From the NCBI GenBank assembly GCA_040218735.1, contig JAVJQW010000062.1, forward strand, positions 256,001-320,000: DNA of 64,000 nucleotides. The letters run 5' to 3'. The notes beneath the pieces were generated by a model, which was not told the origin of the DNA, made no database searches, and saw nothing but the letters and a program-made list of their open reading frames with translations. Source of the DNA: Deltaproteobacteria bacterium. Lineage in GTDB: Bacteria > Myxococcota > Kuafuiibacteriia > Kuafuiibacteriales > Kuafuiibacteriaceae. Shown here piece after piece: positions 9,579 through 19,424 of the stretch (its first letter is position 1; each line of letters starts with the position of its first letter). The translations under genes were made by a program, and so were the position numbers.

Positions 9579-10919
9579 TCAGAGCGCGTCGACGACCTGC
9601 ACCGATCGCTCGTCGGTCCAGCTCTCGGCGTCGAGCGTCGCGGTCACCCGCAGCGTGATCGTCGCGCCGATCAAGTCGCGCGCGTCGCGGATGTCGAGGA
9701 CCACACGATCGCCGACGCGAACCCACGCGTCCGGTTCGGACAGCACGCCCCTCGGGGACAGCTCCGCGCGTGTCTCGTAGCTGACGCGCTGACCGCTGCC
9801 GTCGAGCGCCTCGTAGCTCAGCCGCACGCCGTCGGGATCGAAGCCGCCGAAGCGAACCGCGACGTCGATGTGCCACCCGCCCTGGATGCCCTCGACGATC
9901 TCGACGTCACCGCCCGGGGCCAACGGGACGAACTCGGTCGTGCCGGTGCCGAGCTCGAGCCACGTATCGCCGTGCACCGCGGGGCTGAGCTCGGGGTGCG
10001 AGGGCGTCGGCGGGCCGACCATGAAGTCCGCGCCGGAGTCCTGCGTGTCCTGCCACGTGCCCCCGCTTCGGATCCGGTGGAGTGACTCACCGACGTAGGT
10101 GTCCGAGACCCAGTTGAAGCCGCGGTCCACCTGCGACGGGAGCCGCTTGAAGGCCGCCGAGTCGCCGTCCATCAGCGCTTCGACCCCGTCGAGCACGGCC
10201 GCGGCGGGCGCCGTCGGGAGCGGTCCGAACGGCCCGGGCTCGGTGCCCAGCGCGGTGTCCGCCTCCAGGATGACCAGGCTCGCGCCGAACACGGGCACCA
10301 GCCAGTCGAAGCCGCCGTTGAACACCACCATCTCCAGGTTGGGGACCGTCGGATGATCCTCGTCGCGACCCGGGACGTAGGCCTCGAAGTCCGCGCCGGA
10401 CAGATCGATGGTCGAGAAGGGGCGATGGTTGGTGCCGTCGTGCACGACCAAGAGCTGCTCGCCCGGCTCCAGTCGAGCGCCGACCGGGATCCGCCAGACC
10501 GAATTCAGGACGACCGTGTCCGGACGGCGATCGCCGAAGCCGTCCGGCGACGTGCCCGGGTTGATCTCACCCGCGACGCCGAACGCGTCGGCGACCAACA
10601 CACCGCCGAGATCCAACGGCGCGTCGCTGGCGTTCACCAGCTCGATGAACTGATCCGAGAAGTAGTGGTCCGTGCCGCCCGCGGGGGCGGCGCCGCTGTA
10701 GTACAGCTCTTCGATCAGCAAATCGCCTTGGCGCGGTCGCACCGCCGGAATCGGTGCACACACCCCGGCGTCGTCTCGAACCTCACCACGCCCGCACGGC
10801 GGCGGTCCGGCGTCCCGCACGGCGGTCCCCGCGTCCGACGGGCCCGCGGGCGAGGACGGCTCCCCCGCGCACGCGACGAGCAGCCAACACCCGAGGGCGG
10901 GGGCCACCTTGCCGCGCAT
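9579..10919 (-). CDS. lipoprotein with DUF4876/lamin-tail-like domain
   Basis: Lipobox LVAC. LLIEELYYSG..YFSDQFIELVN, IDLSGADFE and C-terminal ELGTG..GIQGGWH domain. Confidence 0.7.
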   Translation of the reverse strand: MRGKVAPALGCWLLVACAGEPSSPAGPSDAGTAVRDAGPPPCGRGEVRDDAGVCAPIPAVRPRQGDLLIEELYYSGAAPAGGTDHYFSDQFIELVNASDAPLDLGGVLVADAFGVAGEINPGTSPDGFGDRRPDTVVLNSVWRIPVGARLEPGEQLLVVHDGTNHRPFSTIDLSGADFEAYVPGRDEDHPTVPNLEMVVFNGGFDWLVPVFGASLVILEADTALGTEPGPFGPLPTAPAAAVLDGVEALMDGDSAAFKRLPSQVDRGFNWVSDTYVGESLHRIRSGGTWQDTQDSGADFMVGPPTPSHPELSPAVHGDTWLELGTGTTEFVPLAPGGDVEIVEGIQGGWHIDVAVRFGGFDPDGVRLSYEALDGSGQRVSYETRAELSPRGVLSEPDAWVRVGDRVVLDIRDARDLIGATITLRVTATLDAESWTDERSVQVVDAL

Positions 10920-10997
10920 CACCTTCGTCTCGAACACGAGGTGAAGGCCTAGCCTCGGGGTCCGAGCTTGTCGACCTCGATCCGTGCTTCGGTCGGG

Positions 10998-11933
10998 TCA
11001 GGGCGGCGACGTCTTCAGCTGCTGCGCTTCGCGAGCCTCGAGCTCTTCGAGGGCCTGGCGCGCGACCTCGCGCAGCGCCTCGTCCGGATAGCCGCTCTGC
11101 ACCGTGAACAAGTACCCCTTCGCGTCGCGGCCGCCGAGCTGGGCGATCGCGAACAGGATCTGCGCGAGGTACGAAGGTGGCCGGCGGCGGCCCGCGTCGA
11201 TCAGGACCGGCACGGCCTCCGGATCTCCGATCGCGACCAACGCCCCGATCGCCGCGAGGACGACGCGCTGCTTTTCCTCTTCGTCGCGGACGATCTCGGA
11301 GAGCTTCGGCACGGCGGCGCGGATCTGGTTCTGAGCGATCAGGCGCATCGCGCCGAGCCGACGTTTCTCGTCGGCGTCGTCGAGCGTGGCGAGGAGCGTC
11401 GCCTCGTCGGCGTCCTCCAGCTTCATCGCAAACGTGAGCTCCCCGATGAGCTCGCCGACCGCCTCCGCGGCGAGCTGGTCGAACGTGAAGCTCGGGTCGA
11501 CGTTCTTCGCGTGTAGCAGCTCGGCGGCGTACTCGCGCTCGCCGGCCGCGAGCGGGTGCAGCCGCATCCCGATCATCACGGCGCGCCGCACCTTCCCTTC
11601 GAGGGTCGCGGGATCCTCTTCGCCCTCCGGGATCGCCGAACGCTCGGTGAGCAGGCCGACGCGGACGTCGAGCTGCCACTTCGTCTCCTGGCCGCGCGCG
11701 TTGCGGAACTCGAAGCCCGGGATCTGTTTCATCCCCGCGGCGATCGCGGCCTCGAGCTGTTTGCGATCCAAGCGCGCCGGCGCCGTCTCGTCCGCGAGCG
11801 TGCGGTCGAGGATATCGACGTAGGTGATCGGCTTTGCGTCCTCGCACCCGCGCAGCTGACAGGAAGTCAGCGCGAAGAGCGCGCTAGATGCCCAGAAGGA
11901 GGCGCGTACCAAAGTTGTGCGCGAGGCCCGCAT
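10998..11933 (-). CDS. HEAT-repeat lipoprotein
   Basis: Lipobox-like ALTSC. C-terminal HEAT repeats (AAIGALVAIGDPEAVPVLI, AIAQLGG, VARQALEEL). Start uncertain. Confidence 0.75.
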   Translation of the reverse strand: MRASRTTLVRASFWASSALFALTSCQLRGCEDAKPITYVDILDRTLADETAPARLDRKQLEAAIAAGMKQIPGFEFRNARGQETKWQLDVRVGLLTERSAIPEGEEDPATLEGKVRRAVMIGMRLHPLAAGEREYAAELLHAKNVDPSFTFDQLAAEAVGELIGELTFAMKLEDADEATLLATLDDADEKRRLGAMRLIAQNQIRAAVPKLSEIVRDEEEKQRVVLAAIGALVAIGDPEAVPVLIDAGRRRPPSYLAQILFAIAQLGGRDAKGYLFTVQSGYPDEALREVARQALEELEAREAQQLKTSPP

Positions 11934-12618
11934 CGATGATCTTCTGGCGCTGCGACTCGATGTCGTAGTCGACGCGCACGTACTCGAACTTCCGCTCCTC
12001 GGTGTCGTAGATGCCGGCGCACGCGCGCGGATCGTAGTCGCGGGGCTGGCCGACGGAGCCGACCGTGATCACGTACTTCATCTCCGGCTTGAGCGTGAAC
12101 TTCGGCGCGACGACGTCGAGGGCGTCGTCCTCGGTCAGCGCGAACACCTTCGTGAGGTGGCTGTGCCCGATGAACGTGACGTCCGCGAGGTCGTCCTTCT
12201 GGACGAGCAGGTCCCGCGCCTGATCGAGCGCGAAGATGTAGTCGTACTCCTCGGGCTGGAATGGCGATCCGTGCGACAGCTCCACGTGCTCGACGCGGTG
12301 GGTGTACGGCAGGCCTTCGAGCCACCCGAGGTTGTCGGGCGACAGACGCTCGCGGCACCAGTCGAGCGCCTCACGCGCGGCGTCGTAATAGTACGAGTAG
12401 TCCATGCGGCCGGCGACGGCGGCGTCGTGGTTGCCGAGCAGCGTCACCTCGCACAGATCGCGGATGCGCGAGCAGCACGCGTCCGGCTCCGCGCCGTAAC
12501 CGACGATGTCGCCGAGGCAGTACCAGCGATCGATCCCGCCGATCTCGTCGAAGCGAGCGAGGATGGCTTCCAGGGCTTCGATGTTCCCGTGGATGTCCGA
12601 GAGAATCGCGTAGCGCAT
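11884..12618 (-). CDS. metallophosphoesterase family protein
   Basis: Complete motif set: SDIHGN, GDIVGYG, GNHD, HGSP, GHSH, GSVGQPRD. Confidence 0.93.
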   Translation of the reverse strand: MRYAILSDIHGNIEALEAILARFDEIGGIDRWYCLGDIVGYGAEPDACCSRIRDLCEVTLLGNHDAAVAGRMDYSYYYDAAREALDWCRERLSPDNLGWLEGLPYTHRVEHVELSHGSPFQPEEYDYIFALDQARDLLVQKDDLADVTFIGHSHLTKVFALTEDDALDVVAPKFTLKPEMKYVITVGSVGQPRDYDPRACAGIYDTEERKFEYVRVDYDIESQRQKIIDAGLAHNFGTRLLLGI

Positions 12619-12762
12619 TAGAGCCTCGCCACCGTAGTCGCGAGCGCCCCCCCGCGCAATCTCAACGACGACGCGAAGTCACATGAGGGGCGATGGCCGT
12701 CGCGGGTGAACCCTCGGGCCACCTGGATCTCGGGGCGAGGACGCCCTATCAAGAGAGGGAAC

Positions 12763-15435
12763 ATGTGGCATTTCCTCGGGCAGCGCAGCGCCGGTCTGTA
12801 CGCCAAGAAGTCCTTTCGGCTGCCCACGGCGACGATCCACTACGCGCCGGATCGTCAGGCCCGCGTGGAGCGCCTCGGTATCGAGGTGTGGCTCGATGGG
12901 AGACAACCGCGCATCCGGGGGCGTACCCGCCTCGACTTGGTGATGTTGAGCGACACGCCGGAGCTTTCGCTCGACGCCGCCGAGCTGTCGATCGATCGGG
13001 TGACCGCGTCGTTCGACGGGCTCGCCGTCGACACCCACCAGGTCGCGTTCACGACCGAGGACTCGCGGCTGTTCGTGACCTTCGATCCGCCGCTCGCCGC
13101 GCGCGATCGCTTGAGCTTGGAGATCGACTACCACGGGGAGCCGCGCCGCGGCCTGTGGTTCGTCGGTCCTAACCTCTTCGATCCGGAGCGCCCGACCGAG
13201 GTTTGGACGCAGGGCCAGGACGACGACAGCCGCCACTGGTTCCCGTGTTTCGACAGCCCGAACCAAAAGGCCCCCACCGAGCTCATCGCGCACGTGCCGC
13301 CGGGCGCGTTTGCGCTGTCGAACGGTGAGCTCGTCGCGAAGGAGGAGTTCGCCGACGAGTCCGTCTATCGCTACGTCCAGAAGATCCCCCACGCGACGTA
13401 CCTCATCTCGCTCGTCGTCGGTGACTACGAGGCGATCGAGATGCGCGCGGGGCAGCTCCCCGTCGTCGCGCACGTGCACCCGCACCAGCGCGGGATGGGC
13501 GAGCGCACGTTCGAGAACACGCCGGCGATGATCGAGCTGTTCGAGTCGAAGATCGGCGTGCCCTACCCCTACGCGCAGTACGCGCAGATCGTCGTCGCCG
13601 ACTTCATCTTCGGCGGGATGGAGAACACGTCCGCGACGACCCTCACGGATCAGATCCTCTTCGACGAACACAGTGACGCCGACTTCCGCCCGGTCGCGGA
13701 GTCACTCATCGCGCACGAGCTCGCGCACCAGTGGTGGGGCGACCTCGTCACCTGCCGCGACTGGTCACACGCGTGGCTCAACGAAGGATTCGCGACGTAC
13801 TTCGAGCTGCTGTGGCGCGAGCACGTCGACGGCCCCGACGAAGCGACCTACGCGCGCTTCATCGACATGGAGGCGTACTTCGCGGAGCGCTACCGCCGCC
13901 CGCTCGTGGAGCGCACCTACGAGGAGCCGATCGAGCTGTTTGACCGGCACCAGTACGAGAAGGGCGCGTGTGTCCTGCACCTGCTGCGCTTCCTCCTCGG
14001 CGAGGACGCCTTCTGGCGCTCGCTGTCGCACTACTGCGAGACGCACCGCGAGGGCTCCGTCGAGACGCACGATCTGCGGCGCGCGATCGAGACCACCACC
14101 GGGCGCAACCTGGAGGTCGTCTTCGACCAGTGGGTGCACAGCGCGGGGCACCCGCACGTGCGCATCTCGGGTGCGTTCGATCCGATCGGCAAGGTCTTCG
14201 CGCTGACGGTCGAGCAGACGCAGCGCGGCGATCAGATCACCTCGACGTTCGACATTCCCGTGGACGTCGAGATCGCGTTCGAAGGCGACGCCGAGGTGCA
14301 CCGCGTGCAGCTGTCGGCGCGGCGCCAGGTGTTCCGGCTGCCGGCGCCAACGCGACCGACGTGGGTCATCTTCGACCGCGGCGGACACCTGCCCAAACAG
14401 ATCGACAACCGCCTCTCGGCGACGATGTTGCGGTCGATCGTCGACGACAGCGACGACGTCGTCGCGGTCATCCTCGCGGCGCGCACGCTCGTGAAGCGCT
14501 CCGATCCCGCGTCGCTCGCCTGCGTGACGGACGCCCTCGCGAACCACGCGTTCGCGGGGGTCCGCGCGGAGTGCGCGAAGGCGCTCCGGTTCGCGCCCTC
14601 CCCTCAGACCTTGGAGGCGCTGATCGACGCGGTGCTCGAGGACGGCGACGCCCGCGTCCGCCGCGCGGCGATCCGCGCGCTCGCGCGGTTCGAATCCGAC
14701 GCCGAGACGATCGGCGCCTTCCTCGTCCGCCACACCGAGATCGAAACCTCCGACTACGCGATCGCCGACACCGCGCGGACGATCGGCCAGCTCCGCGCCC
14801 CGCAGGCGCGCGACTTCCTGATGACCTGCCTCGGGCGCACCGGCCACAACCACGTGATCCGCGCTGCGGCGGTCGAAGGCCTCGCGAAGCTGCGGGACGC
14901 GTCGCTGCTCGACACCATCGCCGTACGGCGCCAGCCGTCGGAGCACCCGCGCGTGCGCGAGGCGGCGGTCACCGCGATCGGCGAGCTGGCGCGGTTGCTC
15001 CCCGAGCGCCGCGCGGATCGGGTCGCGGCCCGCGAACGCCTCGAAGCGCTCCTGGACGACCCCTGGTTACGCGTCCGCATCCGGGCCGCCGAAGCGCTCG
15101 GCGGGCTGCGCGACGTGGAGGCTGCGGACGCCCTCCGCCGCGCCGCCGAACGCGAGCTCGACGGGCGCGCGCGCCGTGCGATGCGGGTCGCCGCGAGTGA
15201 CCTCGCGGATCGCACCACCCCGCTCGCGGAGGTGAAGTCGGTGCGCGAGGATCTCGATCGCCTCCGCCACGCCCAGACGCAGATCCTCGCGCGCGTCGAA
15301 GGTGTGGAGCGCCGCCGCAAGACGACGCGCGTCGACGTACGCGGCGTCGAAGCGATCCCGGCCCCCGAGCCGAAGGCCAAGCAGAAGAAGAAGCGGAAGA
15401 AGAAGCGGAAGAAGAAAAAGAAGAAGAAGAAGTAG
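12763..15435 (+). CDS. pepN: M1 family aminopeptidase with C-terminal HEAT repeats
   Basis: GGMEN, HELAHQWWG..WLNEGFA and YEKGA motifs, then HEAT repeats. ATG 12763 follows GAGAGGG. Poly-Lys tail. Confidence 0.92.
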   Translation: MWHFLGQRSAGLYAKKSFRLPTATIHYAPDRQARVERLGIEVWLDGRQPRIRGRTRLDLVMLSDTPELSLDAAELSIDRVTASFDGLAVDTHQVAFTTEDSRLFVTFDPPLAARDRLSLEIDYHGEPRRGLWFVGPNLFDPERPTEVWTQGQDDDSRHWFPCFDSPNQKAPTELIAHVPPGAFALSNGELVAKEEFADESVYRYVQKIPHATYLISLVVGDYEAIEMRAGQLPVVAHVHPHQRGMGERTFENTPAMIELFESKIGVPYPYAQYAQIVVADFIFGGMENTSATTLTDQILFDEHSDADFRPVAESLIAHELAHQWWGDLVTCRDWSHAWLNEGFATYFELLWREHVDGPDEATYARFIDMEAYFAERYRRPLVERTYEEPIELFDRHQYEKGACVLHLLRFLLGEDAFWRSLSHYCETHREGSVETHDLRRAIETTTGRNLEVVFDQWVHSAGHPHVRISGAFDPIGKVFALTVEQTQRGDQITSTFDIPVDVEIAFEGDAEVHRVQLSARRQVFRLPAPTRPTWVIFDRGGHLPKQIDNRLSATMLRSIVDDSDDVVAVILAARTLVKRSDPASLACVTDALANHAFAGVRAECAKALRFAPSPQTLEALIDAVLEDGDARVRRAAIRALARFESDAETIGAFLVRHTEIETSDYAIADTARTIGQLRAPQARDFLMTCLGRTGHNHVIRAAAVEGLAKLRDASLLDTIAVRRQPSEHPRVREAAVTAIGELARLLPERRADRVAARERLEALLDDPWLRVRIRAAEALGGLRDVEAADALRRAAERELDGRARRAMRVAASDLADRTTPLAEVKSVREDLDRLRHAQTQILARVEGVERRRKTTRVDVRGVEAIPAPEPKAKQKKKRKKKRKKKKKKKK

Positions 15436-15438
15436 GCG

Positions 15439-15663
15439 CTAACCTTCCTGCTTCTCCAGCACCGCGAGCACGCCGAGCGAGATCTCCGCGAGGCGCGCGA
15501 TCAGGACGTTCCGCTGCTCCGGGCTCAGCCGCTTCGCGGCGCGCGCGAGGTTCAGGCGCCCCACGTCGGACGCCTTCTCCTGGCTCCACTCCTTGAGGAC
15601 CCGGCGCACGGCGTCGTCGACCTCGAACGTCTCCTGCGTGCGGAGGCGATCGCGGAGGCTCAC
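15439..15663 (-). CDS. small hypothetical protein
   Basis: GTGA overlap with the upstream ORF. Helical, normal-composition 74-aa product. Confidence 0.6.
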   Translation of the reverse strand: MSLRDRLRTQETFEVDDAVRRVLKEWSQEKASDVGRLNLARAAKRLSPEQRNVLIARLAEISLGVLAVLEKQEG

Positions 15664-16103
15664 GAGTCGTCCCCCGGAGCGTCCGGCGTCCCCGTCGTGA
15701 CGGAGTCACCGATCGAGCCCTCGCCGCGCCGCGGCGTCGTGATCGCTTCGCGGCGCGCGCGCAGACGCGCGGCGCCGGCGCCGACCTCGATCCCGTCGCG
15801 CGCGCGACGGACCGCTTCCTTCAGGACCGGGTTCTTCACGCGAGGGGGCGTCGGGTCGATCAGCTTCCGCGCGCGCTTGCCCAAGGCGCGGGTGTCGAGG
15901 CCGCGCACGATCCCCATGCCGAGCCCACGCGCCATCGACGCGCCGATCGCGGCCGCGGTGATCCCGGTGGTGCGGTGCGACGCGGCGTCGAGGATGTCGA
16001 GCCACTCCTCGATCGTCAGATCCAGCGCACGCGCGAGCGCGCGCTGGTCTTCGGCCCACTTGGCGAGTGCGTCGGACGCCGGCTCGGTCACCGGCCCCAG
16101 CAT
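15660..16103 (-). CDS. hypothetical protein
   Basis: Fills the gap co-directionally between neighbours with plausible composition. Confidence 0.55.
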   Translation of the reverse strand: MLGPVTEPASDALAKWAEDQRALARALDLTIEEWLDILDAASHRTTGITAAAIGASMARGLGMGIVRGLDTRALGKRARKLIDPTPPRVKNPVLKEAVRRARDGIEVGAGAARLRARREAITTPRRGEGSIGDSVTTGTPDAPGDDS

Positions 16104-16128
16104 ACCGCTTCGCGCGCCTTCGCGGTCT

Positions 16129-18264
16129 TCAGAAACACCGGTCCCGGTCGACCGACGTCACCGGGAGCTTCAACGGCTCCAGCGCATAGGTCCCGCCGCC
16201 GAGCCAGACGAGCTCTCCGACCGGCCACCAGTCGTCCTCGCTCAACACCCGCTCCAGGACGTCCCGCCGCACGCCGAGCGAGCGCAGCTCGACGGTCGCC
16301 GTCACCGGCGCAACGGCTCGGGCCGCGTGCACGTACAGCGTGTACAGCTGCGCCCCTTCGCGGACCAACGCCCGCTCGCCGACCGCGCCGTCCGCGGACT
16401 CCAGCACCAACCGCGGATCCCGCAGCGTGGGCCCCAGCGGGCTCACGGCCGGCGCGGGGTTACAGAAACAGACGTCACCCGGGCGATCGAACGGGCCACC
16501 GCTCTGCTGGACGAGGTGCAGATCGAGATCCGCGTCCGTGGGGGACCACGTGACCGCGACGTCGACCCCGTAGGTATCGGCGGGCGGGATCGTCGTGGCG
16601 GACATCGGCACGCGCTGCACGCCCAGGTCCGGATCCGTCGACGTGATGGCGAGCGTCGCGGTGAGGGTGCTGTCGAGGTTCTCGGGCGCCGAGAACGTCA
16701 CGTGGATCGGGACCCGCTCCCCGGGCTGCAGGACCCGCGGCAGCGCCCCCGGCTCCACGACCCAGCGCGGATCGTTCGACGTCACCGCGTCGACGCGCAC
16801 CGGCACGGGCCCCACGCTCCGCAGGTCCACGCGCTGCACGGAGACCTCGTCACGCGGCACCCACCCGAACTCCAGGGACGACCGCTCCACCAACAGGTCC
16901 GGGACGGGCTCCGTCGCGGTCGCGGTCAACACCACCCGTTGCGACTCCAACGCGTCGAACACGAGCGCGGCCGTGACGGGGCCGTCCGCGAGCGGCGCCG
17001 CGGTGATGGTGAGGGTGTGCGTGTCACCGCGGACGAGCGGGAGGTCTCCCGGCCAGTCCTCGATCGTGAACGGTGCGTCGGGCGGGTCGATGGCCATCGC
17101 GCGCACGTCGATCGTCGAGATCCCGGTGTTGGCGATCGTGAACCGACGCGGCGTCGGGTGGGCGCGCGAGATGGTGCCGAAGTCGAGGCGGCGCGCGAAG
17201 GCGACGTCGGCGCTGGACAGCGAGACGCCGTTCCCGCTCAGCGGGATGCTCGTGGGTTCGAGGAGCCCGGTGCTCTCGACCGTCACGGACGCCGCGAAGG
17301 GCCCCGCCACCTCGGGCGTGAACGTCACGGGCACGCGGACGATCGCGCCCGCGTCGAGTGAGAACGGGACGGCGGGCGCCGATTCGCCGAGCGCGAAGCG
17401 CCCGCGTGGGTCGTCCACGGTGAGCGCCGTGACGTCGTGCGGGGTCGAGCCCACGTTGCGGAGCTCGAGCTCCTGCGTCCTCGTCTCGCCGACGAACACC
17501 CCGACGAACTCCAGCCCGTTGCCCGGGAGGACCTCGAGCTCCACGGTGATGGCCTCGCCGTAGAGCGCGACGCCGACGGGGTCGGTGCCGGTGCTGTCGG
17601 ACGCGACGACGACGCGACCCTCGTCGGCGAGCGAGTCGCTGGGGGCGTAGGTCACGAGGAAGTCGACGGACTCGCCGCTGTCGAGGCTGGTCAGGTTGTC
17701 CAGCGCGACGACGAACTCGGACGAGGTCCCCATCTGCAGCGCGAGGGAGAAGATCGTGACGCGACCGAGGCCGCGGTTGCTGAGCGTGACGGTGGCGGTG
17801 GCGATCGTCCCGACGACGATGCGTCCGAAGTCGATGGTGTCGGGCGACGCGACGAGGTTGGGGTCGGCGACGACGGCGGTGACGAGGACTTCGAAGCGCT
17901 CCCCGTCGACGACGAAGGTGACGGTGTCGCGGCGGGTGCCGACCTGCGCGGGTGTGAACACCAGCTCGACGTCGGCCAAGCCCTGTCGTCCGAGGCCGGC
18001 GGGGGTCCCGCGGACTTCGAGCTCGTTGCGGAGGCTCTCGGCGATCTCGACGCGCTCGATCGCGAGGGCGCCCAACCCGAGGTTTTCCACGCGGAGGGAC
18101 GCACGGGCTGCGCGGCCCACGGCGACCCGTCCGAATGCGACGATGTCCGGGGCCACGTCGAAGGGGACGGACGCGGGCGCGTCGTCGCCGCCTCCGCCGC
18201 AATCGCAGCCCCCACCGAGGGCGACCAGGCCCAGCGCCCAGGTCACGAGCCTTCGCGAGCGCAT
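16129..18264 (-). CDS. choice-of-anchor D (ASH/Ig-like repeat) lipoprotein
   Basis: GGCDC lipobox, five repeats of the xFGxV...NxG Ig-like module, and a C-terminal TWS.TDADLDLHL domain. Confidence 0.85.
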   Translation of the reverse strand: MRSRRLVTWALGLVALGGGCDCGGGGDDAPASVPFDVAPDIVAFGRVAVGRAARASLRVENLGLGALAIERVEIAESLRNELEVRGTPAGLGRQGLADVELVFTPAQVGTRRDTVTFVVDGERFEVLVTAVVADPNLVASPDTIDFGRIVVGTIATATVTLSNRGLGRVTIFSLALQMGTSSEFVVALDNLTSLDSGESVDFLVTYAPSDSLADEGRVVVASDSTGTDPVGVALYGEAITVELEVLPGNGLEFVGVFVGETRTQELELRNVGSTPHDVTALTVDDPRGRFALGESAPAVPFSLDAGAIVRVPVTFTPEVAGPFAASVTVESTGLLEPTSIPLSGNGVSLSSADVAFARRLDFGTISRAHPTPRRFTIANTGISTIDVRAMAIDPPDAPFTIEDWPGDLPLVRGDTHTLTITAAPLADGPVTAALVFDALESQRVVLTATATEPVPDLLVERSSLEFGWVPRDEVSVQRVDLRSVGPVPVRVDAVTSNDPRWVVEPGALPRVLQPGERVPIHVTFSAPENLDSTLTATLAITSTDPDLGVQRVPMSATTIPPADTYGVDVAVTWSPTDADLDLHLVQQSGGPFDRPGDVCFCNPAPAVSPLGPTLRDPRLVLESADGAVGERALVREGAQLYTLYVHAARAVAPVTATVELRSLGVRRDVLERVLSEDDWWPVGELVWLGGGTYALEPLKLPVTSVDRDRCF

Positions 18265-18347
18265 CCCGAGGACATTCGACCAGGTCCGTCGAGCGGCGTC
18301 GAGCCCGCCTTGCCGACGACGACAGGTGTAGCTATGGTCCGCGCGCG

Positions 18348-19424
18348 ATGCCCAAACAGCACGATTCCTCGCACCGTTTCGCCGCCCTCGCGGCCCTCGT
18401 GATCACCCCCGCGCTCCTGCTGGGGTGTCCGAAGGCGGAGGAGAAGAAGGCCCCCAAGAAGGCGGCCGTGAAGAAGGAGACGCCCCCGGCCAAGAAGGCC
18501 CCGGCGATGGCCTCCGACGCGGACTGTATCGCGCCGTGGAAGACCGACGGCGAGGCGCAGAAGATCGCCGCGGGTGACCGGGCGTTCGACCGCACCGGCG
18601 CCAAGCTGAAGGAGTCCAGCACGGACGACGACAAGAAGGCCGTGATCGGCGTCCTCGCGAACATCAAGGAGGACACCGCGGACAACCTGGAGAACATCCA
18701 GACGTTCCTCGAGTACTTCGAGGAGAAGAAGGTCGACTCGATCGTGATCGCCGGTGACCTCGGCGAGACGAAGAGCCAGATCGAAAACGCGCTCCTCCCG
18801 ATCGCGGCGAAGGGCCTCCCGACGTTCGTGGTAATCGGGAACCGCGAGAAGAAGTCGGACTTCAACGACGCGGTGCGGAGCGTCGCCGGCAAACACCCCA
18901 ACGTCGTGAACCTCAACCACGTCCGCCTCGCGGCGCTCGACGACGTGTCGATCGTCTCGGTGCCCGGCTACTACGACAAGGCGTACATCCACGCGGAGGA
19001 TGGCTGCGCGTACACGCAGGCCGACATCGACGCGACCGCGAACATCGTGAAGGCCGCCGAGGGCGCGCCGGTCATCGTCGTCAGCCACGGCCCGCCGAAG
19101 CAGGACGGGACGGAGGCGCTCGACCGCACGCTCGAGCAGGCGAACGTCGGCGACCCGATGCTTGCGAAGATGCTCGCGTCGACGGGTGTGAAGCTCGGCA
19201 TCTTCTCGAACATCCAAGAGGCCGGCGGCCGCGCCACGGACCTCTCGGGCAAGACGGTCCTCGAAGCGGGCAAGCCGCAGGACAGCCTGTTCCTGAACCC
19301 GGGCGCCGTGGACTCGGTGAGCTGGCAGATGAACGACGGCACGCGCTCCGTCGGCATGGCGGCCGTCCTCACGGTGGACGGCGGCAAGGCCATGTTCGAT
19401 GTGAAGCGAATCCCTGAAGGTTAG
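18348..19424 (+). CDS. metallophosphoesterase-fold lipoprotein with degenerate metal ligands
   Basis: Lipobox LLGC. AGDL, VIGNRE and VSHGPP are present, but DxH is NIK and GHxH is SNIQ. Confidence 0.8.
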   Translation: MPKQHDSSHRFAALAALVITPALLLGCPKAEEKKAPKKAAVKKETPPAKKAPAMASDADCIAPWKTDGEAQKIAAGDRAFDRTGAKLKESSTDDDKKAVIGVLANIKEDTADNLENIQTFLEYFEEKKVDSIVIAGDLGETKSQIENALLPIAAKGLPTFVVIGNREKKSDFNDAVRSVAGKHPNVVNLNHVRLAALDDVSIVSVPGYYDKAYIHAEDGCAYTQADIDATANIVKAAEGAPVIVVSHGPPKQDGTEALDRTLEQANVGDPMLAKMLASTGVKLGIFSNIQEAGGRATDLSGKTVLEAGKPQDSLFLNPGAVDSVSWQMNDGTRSVGMAAVLTVDGGKAMFDVKRIPEG

